Positions 24,519 to 36,111 of a stretch of DNA of 64,000 nt are shown here, one piece after another. Every line of letters begins with the position of its first letter. Positions within the stretch are counted from its first letter, which is position 1. Source of the DNA: Rhizophagus irregularis (lineage: Eukaryota); the NCBI RefSeq assembly GCF_026210795.1, contig NC_089430.1, forward strand, positions 1,550,001 to 1,614,000, in the 5' to 3' direction. The notes under the pieces are model-generated. The model was not told the origin of the DNA and did not search any database. It worked only from the letters and a program-made list of their open reading frames with translations. The position numbers were made by a program, and so were the translations under genes.

Positions 24519-27500
24519 ATGTCATTTCAAAACGGGAACAAAATAAATGAAAGATGTGAAAAATGTGATGAACAAGCCACAAAAGAATGGTGTAAATCAT
24601 GTCGAATAAATTTTTTTAAAGAAAATTTTACAAATTGGACGAGTGAAAATAAAAGAATTGATGATTTCATTCAAGAAGTACAATTAAATATTAATTGTAA
24701 TGATATAGTATTTGAATGGATACCATATAATCAATTTGATAATATTAAAGAAATAAAGAAAGATAATGTTATTATATTAAAATTGTCAACATGGAATAAT
24801 GGTCCATTAAGTTATAATCGTGATGAGAGGAAATGGATAAGAGAACCAAATAAGAAGATTACTTTAAAATGTATATGTAATTCCCAAAACAATATTAATG
24901 GATTTTTAAATGAGGTAAGAAATTTTATAAATTGATTTAAATAATTTTTTTTAATTCAAATAGTAATTTTTCTTTTTTTTTCACTTATTCTTGATAGGTT
25001 AAATCGTATTCAACAAATATCTATGAGGTTGAAAGTAAAATATATGGAATATCTCAAAATCCGGATACAAAGGATTATTTAATGATTTTTGAAAATGAGT
25101 ATTGTTGGAATTGTGGTGAAAAATATACAGATGCAAATAATGAATGGTGTAAATCATGTCGAAGAAATTATTTGAAAAATAATTTTACAAATTGGACCAG
25201 TGGAAATGAAAAAATCGATACTTTCATTCAAAAAATGCAATTAAAAATCAATTATTCACCTGATATAGTAATTGAATGGATACCATGTGATCAATTTTAT
25301 AATATTAAGGAAATTAGCAATAAAAATTTCACCATAGTATATTCAGCAATATGGAAGGATGGTCCATTACGTTATGATTATGATAAAAAGGAATGGATAA
25401 GAGAATCAGAAAAAAATGTTGTTTTAAAATGTTTATATAATTCACAAAACATAATTGATGAATTTTTAAATGAAGTATGAAATTTCTTGATAAAGTATTA
25501 TGAATTTATATATGTATACTTAAGTGATAATAATTTTTTTTTTTCTATTATATAATAGGTCAAAACATATTCAACAAATGTTTATGGTGACGATGATAAT
25601 ATTTTAAATATATATGGAATATCTCATAATCCAGAAACAAAAGATTATATTATGGTCTTACAAGATGGATATTGTAAAGAATGTGGCGAACAATATATTG
25701 ATAAATGGTGCAAATCATGTCAAATAAATTATTTTAAAAGAGACTTCATAAATTGGACGAGTGGAAATGAAAATATTGATAATTTTATTCAAAATATACA
25801 ATTAAAAATTAGTAACCAGTCTGATATAATATGTGAATGGATACCATACGATCAATTTAACAATATTAGAGAAATATGCAGGAGTGATCTCATTACAATA
25901 CATAAAGCAATATGGAAGGATGGTCCATTACATTATAATAAAAATGAAAAGAAATGGATAAGAGAATCGGATAAAAACATTGCTTTAAAATGTTTGTATA
26001 ATTCGCAAAACAATGTTAATAAGTTATTAAGTGAGGTATGGATAGTATTTCTTTATGAATTTATTTTAAAATATATAATAATGATTTTTATTATTAATAG
26101 GTCAAAGCTTATTTTGATAATAATGACGTTGTTGATAACAATGATGTTGAAATGTTAACAAATATTGATAATATCAGCGATAGCGTTAATGTTGATGATG
26201 CTGATGTTGATATTAATATTGATGATGATGATGATATTTACGCCGATGATGATGATAATATCAATGCTGATGATGATGATATTGATGACATTGGTGTTGA
26301 TGATGATATTGATGTTGATGATGATATTAATATTGATGATGATATTGATGTTGATGATGATATCGATATTGATGATAACGATAATAATACTAATTCTATC
26401 AAAATATATGGAATATCTCAAAATCCAAATACGAAAGATTATATTATTGTTTTGCAAGATGTATATTGTAAAGAATGTGGTGAAGAATATGCAGATGTAG
26501 ATGACAAATGGTGTAAATCATGTGTTATACGTGATTTAAGAAACAATTTCGCAAACTGGACTAGTGGAAATAAACATATTGATGATTTAATTCAAGAAAT
26601 GCAATTAAAAGTTGATGATTCATATGATTTATTATTTGAATGGATTCCATATGATCAGTTTAATGATATTAAAGAAATTGGTAAAGGTGGTTTTGCTACA
26701 ATATATTCAGCAATATGGAGTGATGGTCCTCTATATTATGATATTATTAATAGAAGAAAGGAATGGATAAGAGATCCAGATAAAAATGTTGCTTTAAAAT
26801 GTTTACATAATTCATTAAATATTAGTAAACAATTTTTAAACGAGGTATCAAACTTTTTTTTTTTTAGAAATTTAAATTTAAATAAAATTTTTTATTAATA
26901 AATATTCTATATTTTGATAGATTAAAGCATATTCGATAGCTAATTCTAGTAAGATTCTTAAAGTATATGGAATATCTCAAAATCCAGTCACAAAAGATTA
27001 CATTATGGTTCTTGAATATGCAGGTGGAGGGAATTTTAATGATTGGATAAATAGAAATTATAAAAAATTTGATTGGAATGAAAAATTATCTATATTATTT
27101 GATATTTGTGAAGGTCTTAAAGAGATTCATGAAAATAAAATGGTTCATCATGATTTTCATACAGGAAATATATTATTTGCGTATCAAGATGAACGTGATA
27201 TATATATTTCAGATATGGGTTTATGTGGAGAAGTTTCAGAAGTTGATAATAATACAAATGAATCGAAAATTTATGGAGTTATGCCTTATGTAGCTCCTGA
27301 AGTATTATACGGAAAACCTTATACTCAGCCAGCTGATATATACAGCTTTGGTATGATTATGTATTTTATAGCAACTGGAAGAAGACCTTTTTTTGATTGT
27401 GCTCATGGAGATAATTTAGTATTAAACATATGTGGTGGAATTAGACCAGAAATAAATGAGCCAGAAGCGCCAAAATGTTATATTGATTTAATGAAAAAGT

Positions 27501-27946
27501 GTTGGGATTCAAATCCAAATAATAGACCAAATGCTGATGAAATTCAGGAATCGATTTATTTATTTGAAAATTCATATAATCAAGAATTTGATATGCGAAA
27601 ACAGCAATATTATGAAATTAATAAACAATTTAATGAAGCAGAAAAGTATAGAAAATTACACTTTTCATTTGAGGACAACAGACCTACACATCCTAAAGCT
27701 GTTTATACTGCTCGGTTACTTAATCCTTATACAAAAAAGCTTCCAAAATATGATGATAAAATCTATGAATTCAGTGATGATATGGTAGTTGAATTGTTAA
27801 AGGATGGTATTATAACAGAAAATGAATCTGATTTTGAATCTACTAAACCAAATACTGAACCTAAGGAAAACCCCATAGAATTTGAATTTAGTGACAATAT
27901 TGCAGTAGAAGAATTATTACTAAAGCATGTGACGGAATTAGAATAA
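24519..27946 (+). CDS. Tyrosine-kinase-like kinase (~1039 aa): 3 degenerate + 1 intact N-lobe modules, Asp-rich insert, non-RD C-lobe
   Basis: Exons 24519-24914, 24998-25474, 25559-26035, 26101-26844, 26921-27946, all with phase-0 introns and an open frame. Last module GKGGFA/VALK; C-lobe HHDFHTGN, DMG, APE. Confidence 0.88.
26116..26390 (+). repeat. Coding (GAT)n-based minisatellite encoding an Asp-rich tract
   Basis: Repeats of ~18 nt such as GATGATGATATTGATGTT and GATGATGATATTAATATT translate to DDDIDV / DDDINI. Confidence 0.9.
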
Positions 27947-28204
27947 TTGGATATAATTGAATTGATTTCATAATTTTTAATTTTATTATTCACAATCAAG
28001 TTTTTTTATGAATTTGAACGTTAATTCGAATGTTAATTTTTGTCTTATTATCTTGGTAAATTATGAAGAAAGTTTATTTAATTATAGTATAACAGATAAT
28101 ACTCATGTCTTATTGTTTTTTGTTATTTTATTAAAAATAAAAATGCTGTTCTTAATCACTTGTAATGAAAAAATAAATAAATTTGGTATCATAAATTAAA
28201 AATT

Positions 28205-28305
28205 AACTAAGAATCTAAAAAACTTGGATAATATCTATATTTTGAAGCTATAAATTCCGTGAATATGATTCATACATTTACAGAAATTGCATGGAATAAA
28301 AAATC
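28205..28305 (+). repeat. Short dispersed repeat, second copy at ~49189-49285
   Basis: AACTAAGAATCTAAAAAACTTGGATAATATCTATATTTTGAAGCTATAAATTCCGTGAATATGAT matches AACTAAAAATCTAAGCAACTTGGATAATTTCTATGTTTTGAAGCTAAAAATTCCGTGAACATGAT. Confidence 0.75.
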
Positions 28306-29239
28306 AAAAATATGGAAATAAATTTTTTAAGATAGAAATAAAAAGTATTATAATGATACAATAGTTTTTTAATATTAAACAAGTTAGCTAAAAAAATTTT
28401 ATGAAGTTGAGAAATAAAAGATGCTGGGACTCGCATTGGTTGGCATAGTTACCCCTCCTTGTTTGATTTAGAAATTTTTTAGTAGGAAAAATCCAATGTA
28501 CACCACACCTAATTCGAGCCGAATGTCATAAATGCTCAGCCATTTCGGAACATTTTTTCGTGAGAAGCTTCAACATGAGACAGCGGAGAATCCAAAGGAC
28601 CAGGAGGCACCAACGATTTTCCAGAATGTTTCTTCTGTAAAAAAACATTTCAATTCTTTGATGATCAGCAAAAGATTACTCATCTGGAAGAGAACTGAAT
28701 CTGAACAACATGCTCGAGAATGTCTTATTAATTTTTAAGTTAAGTATATTTTATTATTAGTTATAACTTAAGAGTTAGAGTAGGCTCAAGAACTAGAATA
28801 TGTTCCAGTCCCGAGACAATTACGTGACATATTAATAAATCCCCGAATAGTCAGCTTAGTAACGCCTCGGCTGGTGAGAGTGAAGTGACATCTTCCTTCG
28901 GCGTTCTTGAATATACATAGTTATTGCTATAACGCAACTGGGTGGAAACGTTCTAACCGGTTGTCAGGACACATTCCATGTTATAGTCTACTTCATATAA
29001 ATTTTGGATAATAGTTCAAAAAATATGTTATCTAGCTTTATACTAATATGCGTTTTTTTTCATAAAAGAAAGAGAAATCTTTCGTAAGTGTAGACAATTT
29101 CTGAATGTCAGTTGATAAAAAATTCAACAATAAGATAATCGAATGTATTGAGGTTGGTAAACCATTTATATTTAACTCATATTCCGATTAAAATCGCTAA
29201 ATTTCTGGTTTATTATTATGAATAGAGCAGATTCGCTTA

Positions 29240-30380
29240 TGACTCCCTTGTAGGATGCTATTGGGCAATAGACCAGGATATTTGGAAATTCGTGCATAAT
29301 ATTACAGAAAGCCGCGTTTTTGACAAATTTTTAAACAATTCCTCGCTTGAATAACCTTTTTCCACAATTCAAATTATACATTGGCCTTTAACCAAAGATT
29401 GGATACACCACAATCACATTTCTGATATCTGCAGTGACCGCAAGATGGCTTACCAGTCTTTCAAAATCAAGGGTCTCAATCATATTTTGCCGTGTGGCAA
29501 AATTCTATTGAAATATTATAAGAATCTTTACCAATCAACTGGCGTTCCTTGCCCTATCTGTTCTGAACAACCGGATACCAACTATCATTTAGGTTTTTGT
29601 ACACCTTTGCGTCCTAATCTTCAAAGGACACTAACTTCACACAAATCTATTCTCTGAAACATAATGGCTGCACATATCCCTGATCCTGGTCTAATCGAAT
29701 TTTTACCAAACAGTATCAATCAACTGTCCTTGTTCGATTCAGTTACAGACTCATCACATGAAATTTATTTGATTATTCATCAATTGGTTCTCAAAGTCTT
29801 ATTGACATGGTGCATTTGTACACACACAATTATTCATTAACCAAAAAAATCACGTTCGAATTCCTTTCATCACTCCAAATTTACTTTTACGGGGAACTTG
29901 GACTACACATGATACCAGTGGGAAAAGACCATCAATATCTCCAAAAAGGATAAAAAGAAACGCTCACAAACACCCAAACGTGCCAAAACATCGTGCCCTT
30001 TAAAGACGCAAGGTACACCGGCTCAGTCCTCTGAGTCGCCTATTCCCTTGTGGTTGGTTCTGATCACATCGAATTATTTTACATTCTGGTGAATGGACCT
30101 CTTTTCTTAAATATAATGCTTATAGAGATTTTATAGATAATAACGTTTCTTTTTTTTTACTTTTTATTCTTCTTTTTTCTCTTTACATTTGACTTTAGGC
30201 AATGCTGGTCATGCCTAGTGTTGTTTTTCAAAATAACAGGCAGGACGATTTCTTCTTTGAGGGGTTGGGTACATACGCGTACGATGGTCATGGTAGTTTT
30301 CTTTTGTAAGGGCTCAGCCCACAAACTTGTGACTCTCATCATTGTCTATATTTTAAAAATAAAAATAAAAATAAAATAAA
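29240..30380 (+). mobile_element. 5'-truncated, decayed non-LTR (LINE-like) retrotransposon 3' end
   Basis: Broken frame ..IDQDIWKFVHNITESRVFDKFLNN..IHWPLTKDWIHHN..SFKIKGLNHILPCG..CPICSEQPDTNYHLGFC (CCHC knuckle typical of LINE ORF2 C-termini), then a 3' UTR ending in an (AAAAAT)n tail at ~30355-30380. Confidence 0.7.
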
Positions 30381-30557
30381 GTACCATCAAAGGGATGGAC
30401 ATTTTTTATAATAAAATCAATTAGAGATTATTCTACCCTTAAAAAACAATATATTTATCCTAAAAAATTACTAGTGAAAATTTCCTTTATAATAGTAGTT
30501 ATAATTATATATACACTGCGAATTTATGATTTGTATAAGTATGAAGTTAGTTCAAAT

Positions 30558-31398
30558 TAGAGATTGGAACCGGTTAAGGTTAACCAGTTAATTAACCGGT
30601 TAAGGCGGTTAACCGGTTAAGACCTCTCAAAAAACGGTTAACCGGTTAAATTAACCGGTTAAATTAACCGACTAATTAACCGGCTAACTTAACCGGTTAA
30701 AATACAGATCATCCTAAATTAGTAATTCCTAGCCAACTTCTAACTTTAACTTTACTAGCATTAACTTTAATTTTGCCCACCCTAATAGATTCGATGATAA
30801 ACCTGCAATCTTATATTTTAATATAATATATTGCATATGATATTTATAATTTAACATTATTTATGTTAAAATATTCTAAAGTTATAACCTTGATTTATGC
30901 AGAAATCAGCATATGATCGGGTATAGTATTTTAAATAAGAAAAAATGCAAAAATTTGAATACTACAGTGGCCATCAGAATTGGAATGGAATTTCGGATAG
31001 AACTAAAAATATAATTAAAAAACTTTTCAACTTAGTGCTGATACCGGTGACCACTGCATGACTGGGTAGTAAGTAATTACAATATACTGTATGTAATTTT
31101 TTACTAATGTATACATTTTAATACAAATATTTACCAGAAATTACTCTTAAATAATACTATTTAGTTAAAAACACAAAAATTTATCTTTAAATGCGCGTTA
31201 AAATACAAAAAATAGGCCTCTAATTCTAAACACACGTTAAAATATAAAATATATATATTAACCGGTTATTAACCGGTTAGCCTCATTACAAATTAACCGG
31301 TTAATTAACCGATTAATTAACCGACTATTAACCGGTTAGACGCTCTAATTAACCGGTTATTAACCGGTTAAGCTTTTTTTTGACGGTTCCAATCCCTA
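30558..31398. mobile_element. Non-autonomous hAT-type DNA transposon (841 bp)
   Basis: 15-bp TIRs TAGAGATTGGAACCG / CGGTTCCAATCCCTA (1 mismatch). Perfect 8-bp TSD GTTCAAAT at 30550-30557 and 31399-31406. Subterminal arrays of TTAACCGGTTAA at both ends. Confidence 0.92.
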
Positions 31399-31927
31399 GT
31401 TCAAATCAGGTATTCTGTATTTACGCACTAATTGTCACGTGGTCCATTTCATAATACCAGTCGGGTTAGTACATTGCCGGTTATAACGATATTATAACAT
31501 AATACTTCATATATTAATTTATCATACCTTACTTATTACACCATAGTATACTATAACTGTTTATTATATATTCGTTCAAATCAGGAGATATGAAGTAAAA
31601 ATACTATATGATGTCAAAGGAAATCAGTTTTATTTTATATATAAAAAGAAGTTACAGAATTTTAAATGTATTTAAATATATATGTTAATAAAAGATCAAA
31701 GATTATTGTTCATAAAGCTAATCTGTATAAAATTTTATTTTATATTTCACTACTTGATCAGTACCATTATTACTGTTGCTACAACAATCCACACCTTGGT
31801 CCTACTTTAAACAGCTTCGGAACTTATTAACCAGTGAATAGTAATTATATAAAAATCCAAGATATATTATATTCCATCTTTTGACTTCTCAGTAATTAAT
31901 AAAGATTATATTTCACAATCCAAATAC

Positions 31928-33623
31928 TCATCCGTTAGCTTTGTTTGCTTTTACATATTCCAACATATCATTTTTTAATTGTTGATCATCAATATTGGGT
32001 ATAATAATATTATTTTCATCATCGTTTATTCTATAGTATTCATTAACACAATCAATCCATTGAGATATAATATTTTCAAGCATTCTTACAGTTGGCCTAT
32101 TAGAAGGATCTTCATCCCAACATTTTTTCATTAAATCTGTATAACATTTTGGAGTATTTTCCATAATTTTAGGACGTTTCCCTTCACAAATACTTACAGC
32201 ATCACATTCTTCATAACTAAATGGTGGATTACCTGATGTAAATTCCCACATAATCATTGAAAAACTATAAATTTCACTTGCTGGTGTACATGGATTTTTT
32301 CTTAATATTTCAGGCGCCATATAAGGCAAAACTCCATAAGGTTCATTATCATTATCAGAATCTTGTATATCACTTATGGGTTTACATAATCCAAAATCAT
32401 TAATAAATAACTCATTATAATTATCTGAAATTAATATATTACCATCATGAAAATTACCATGAACTAAACTTGATTCATGAATTACTTTAAGTCCTAATAT
32501 AATTTTTTTCAATAATTGTAACTTTTCTTGCCACTTAAATTCAACTATATCAGATAAGCATTTTCTCAAATTTCCCTTTTTTGCATAACTCATTACCATT
32601 ATATAATTTTTATTTGGATATTGGCTAAATCCAAATAATTGAATAAATTTTGAAAATGTTTTTTTCTGACAATTATAATGATATTTCCACTAATAAATAA
32701 TAAAAAAATTATTAAATTTTTATAAAAGAAAATGAAACTTGCTTATTAAATATAAATTAAATATAAATATTATACCTCATCTAGAAATTTATCATTTGAA
32801 TTATCAAGTACTTTAAGAATGACCTCATTTCCCATTTGTCTATCCCATTGTTCCAACCATAAATAGGTCCATCTAACCAGATAGCTTTATGAATTTCACC
32901 AAATCCACCTTGATCATGATAATTAATACTTGAAAGTTTATTATATGGTATCCACTCTAAAATTTCATAATTATCTTTAGCAATTAGTTGTGTTTCTTGA
33001 ATAAATTTATCAATAAATTCATTATTACTAGTCCATTTTGAAAATTCTTGTTGAAATCGTTTAGCATTACATTGTTGGCACCATTGGTAATTACTATATG
33101 GTAGTCTACATTCATTACATAATTCACTTTTATTTTTAGAACTTGCTTTATTACTTTCTGCTGCTTTTCGATGCCAATAATAGGCTTTTTCTAAATTCTT
33201 TTCTGTTCCTTTCCCATCTTTGTAATATATAGATAAATTATTCATTGCTTCTTCATCACCATTTTCTGCTGATTTTTGACACCAATGAAAGGATTTTTCT
33301 AAATCTTTTTCCGTTCCTTCTCCATTTTTAAAACATATGGCTAAATTAGTCATTGCTTTAATATGATCTTTCTCCGCTGCTTTTTGATACCAATGAAAGG
33401 CTTTTTCTAAATTCTTTTCTATTCCTTCTCCATCTTTATAACATATGGCTAAATTAAACATTGCCATTTTATCATTATTTTTTGCTAATTTTTCTAAAGA
33501 ATTGATACAGTCTTCGCACCATAATTCTTTAATAAAAGGTTTGTTGCAATATGAACAACTTTTTGTTCCTACTGTATTGGTATCTTTATCTGAGATATTT
33601 GGTTCACTAAGTTCGGTCTCCAT
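31928..33623 (-). pseudogene. Sel1-repeat + pseudokinase gene with a frameshift
   Basis: C4 finger (CSYC..WCEDC), 3 Sel1 repeats, second finger (CNEC..WCQQC), KWTSNN, EWIPY, QGGFG. The frame shifts near 32850; QWDRQMGNEVILKVLDNSNDKFLDE continues in another frame to the donor at 32775. Exon 2 is 32689-31928 with HGNFHDGN (no catalytic Asp), DFG and APE. Confidence 0.78.
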
Positions 33624-34779
33624 TGGTTATTTTAGAAATTTATTTTGTTGAAAATATATATATATATATTTTTATTGATTTTTTTTTTTTTAAGCGAACT
33701 TTTTAAATAATTTTTTTTTGAAACATGAATGAGTTATTAAAAAAGGAATATTCTAACCAATAAAGAATAAAGGTTAAATTTTTTTTCGGGCCACATTTTT
33801 CCGATGCACTGATCTGCATTAGGTAAAGTTTCTAATGATAGGAAATTCCCGTATCAATAAACAATAATTGTGTAAAAAACTTTGATACACTGGCCTCACA
33901 TGATTATACAAAATTGGAAAGACGAGAACGAATCAAAATAATTGAAGATGAGAAGAGAGGTGCAGATCAGGTGACGATATCAGAAATGACTTGGTCATTT
34001 CGAATTAGGGTCAAATGATTTTCGTTCCGCAAATGCCAAATGCCAAATGATTGGATAGTTATTAAAAAAAAGATTATTGGACATTTAATTACATCATCAC
34101 GGGATGTACAAAACTATATAATCACCACACCAAATTCTTTCTTTTTTTTACTGTAATTTAAAAATCGGCTTTAATAATAGAAATTATTAAAGTGATATAT
34201 ACTAATAATATGTTATTTATTATGTAAATTTTACTAAATATATTTTATGCATAAAAAGAATGTCCTTATTTACAATTATTATTTATTTTTTTTTATTGAT
34301 TATATTATCTATTGTATAATTAGACTTTGCACGGCATAATTTTCATTACTAATTCCACTAAAATTAATGGACGTTAGTGTGAATAAAATTAAATACTGTA
34401 CCTTGTAAAGTAAAAACGGATCATGTGATCATACGAGTGATACGATCGAGCGTAGATTTGTGTAACAGACATTAATTGAAGCTATGATAGTTTAGATCTT
34501 TGAATCAAAAGAAATAATTAAATGGAAAAACACTGTAATTGATAGAAAAATTATAACTAAAATTTACTATTTATTACGGAGAAAATGCGCAATTATTTAA
34601 TATTATAATCACCACATGGAAATCCACATCGAATATTGTGGAAATATGTGAAAATCTGAAAAGTTCCAATATTTTCCAACTATCCTGTGACAAAACACGT
34701 GGTTTTTTCAGCGTATATCCAATGGGAATGCATGGAATTCCACATATTTCTCCTAAAAATCTCGTGATGTTATAATAGT

Positions 34780-35117
34780 ATAAATGTATGATATTAATAA
34801 CAATAAATTAATTTATTAAATAAAAACATAAAAATAATAGTTCATTTAAAGATGGATAATCTCTAATTTAAAAATATTTTACTTTCAAAAGCAACTATTT
34901 AAATTTTCATCAAATTTATTGAATTTTTAATATCATATATACAAAAAAAAAATAAACATGTTAAAAATATGGAAAAGATTTTATTCATTTAAACTTGGAG
35001 AAAAGAATCCCAAAAAGCTTGTACAATAATGTGTTTAATATGGTCTTTAATTAATTTGATAATTAATTTTTAATTTTCTCATTTATTATTAAATATTCAA
35101 AACTAACAAAAAAAAAT
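34780..35117 (+). repeat. Segmental duplicate of ~41550-41890 (3' flank of the membrane-protein gene unit)
   Basis: Near-identical ~340 bp, e.g. AAACTTGGAGAAAAGAATCCCAAAAAGCTTGTACAATAATGTGTTTAATATGGTCTTTAA in both places. 34390-34600 also resembles flanks at ~35935, ~48865 and ~55030. Confidence 0.85.
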
Positions 35118-35155
35118 CAATTTCTATAACATTTCTTACATTATTTGGAATATGC

Positions 35156-35633
35156 TTGATCTTTTCAATGTTAGATACTATTTTAATAATTATGTTTACG
35201 GGACTTTTAGAATGCCATTATTTAGATGAAATAGTAGATTATAAGATAGTGAATAAACTAACGTATGCATCAACTATTATAAGTTTTTATGTCCCGAATA
35301 TTCTTCAAACATTATTGATTACATTATTTTGGCCAATCAATTTTCACTTTGTCAAAGCATGCGTGTTTATACTGATTCTACCTTTAACAAGAAATGTGTC
35401 TTACTTTTCTGATATAAAGGTGCCTGGAGAACTTCCGGCTACTTCAACAACAATAACTCAATGCTTAATAATCAGGTTTATTATAAAAAATGATTTTTAA
35501 ATACATCCTTAAGGAGACACAAATATCAATAGAAGGAATGCAGGAAAAAATTACAAAAATTGATGAATTGCAGACGAAAATTGACAAAATACAGCAGGAG
35601 ACGATGAACGAAAATAAAAACATAAATGGATGA
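35156..35633 (+). pseudogene. 5'-truncated, frameshifted copy of the multi-TM + coiled-coil family
   Basis: FYVPNILQTLLITLFWPINFHFVKACVFILILPLTRNVSYF matches the last two TM segments of 39955-41082. An extra T near 35497 shifts the frame before YILKETQISIE..KIDELQTKIDKIQ..NENKNING*. Confidence 0.85.
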
Positions 35634-36111
35634 TAGCTTACTATTATTATTAAAATTTTTAATTTTTTAGTCAAATTAGTTTAAATATAAATAACATTTT
35701 CCGCACTTTATCTATTAATATGCGATTATAAACCTTAGAATATTATGGTGACTCAGATTTCATACGTTATTTAAATAAAAAATATTTTTTTTTCTTTCAT
35801 TAAAATTTTTATGCCTGCCGACTGCCGAGATTATTTAGTTTCATCAGAGGTAAATTTTTTAGATTTCAAATAATTATATGTTTCAAGTACTATAAAACAT
35901 TAATTTTCATTAAATTTGAGTAGATGTTTGATTAAAATACCTCGTAAAATAAAGCCAGGTCATGTGATCATACGACCGGATTTACACAAGACATTAATCG
36001 AAGCTATATCGGTATTCGGTAGATTAAATAATTGAACCAAATAAAATATATTAAATAAAAAAAAGATAATAATTAAAATTTATTTAATATGGAGAAAACG
36101 CGAAATCATTT

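Noticed and set aside
26155..26500. Ile-rich (minus) and Met/Leu-rich (plus) ORFs
   Set aside because: Alternative-frame shadows of the GAT-based Asp repeat in the kinase exon.
28420..28990. Possible LTR or gene fragment around ORF 28532-28738
   Set aside because: No second LTR copy, primer-binding site or recognisable protein motif in the window.
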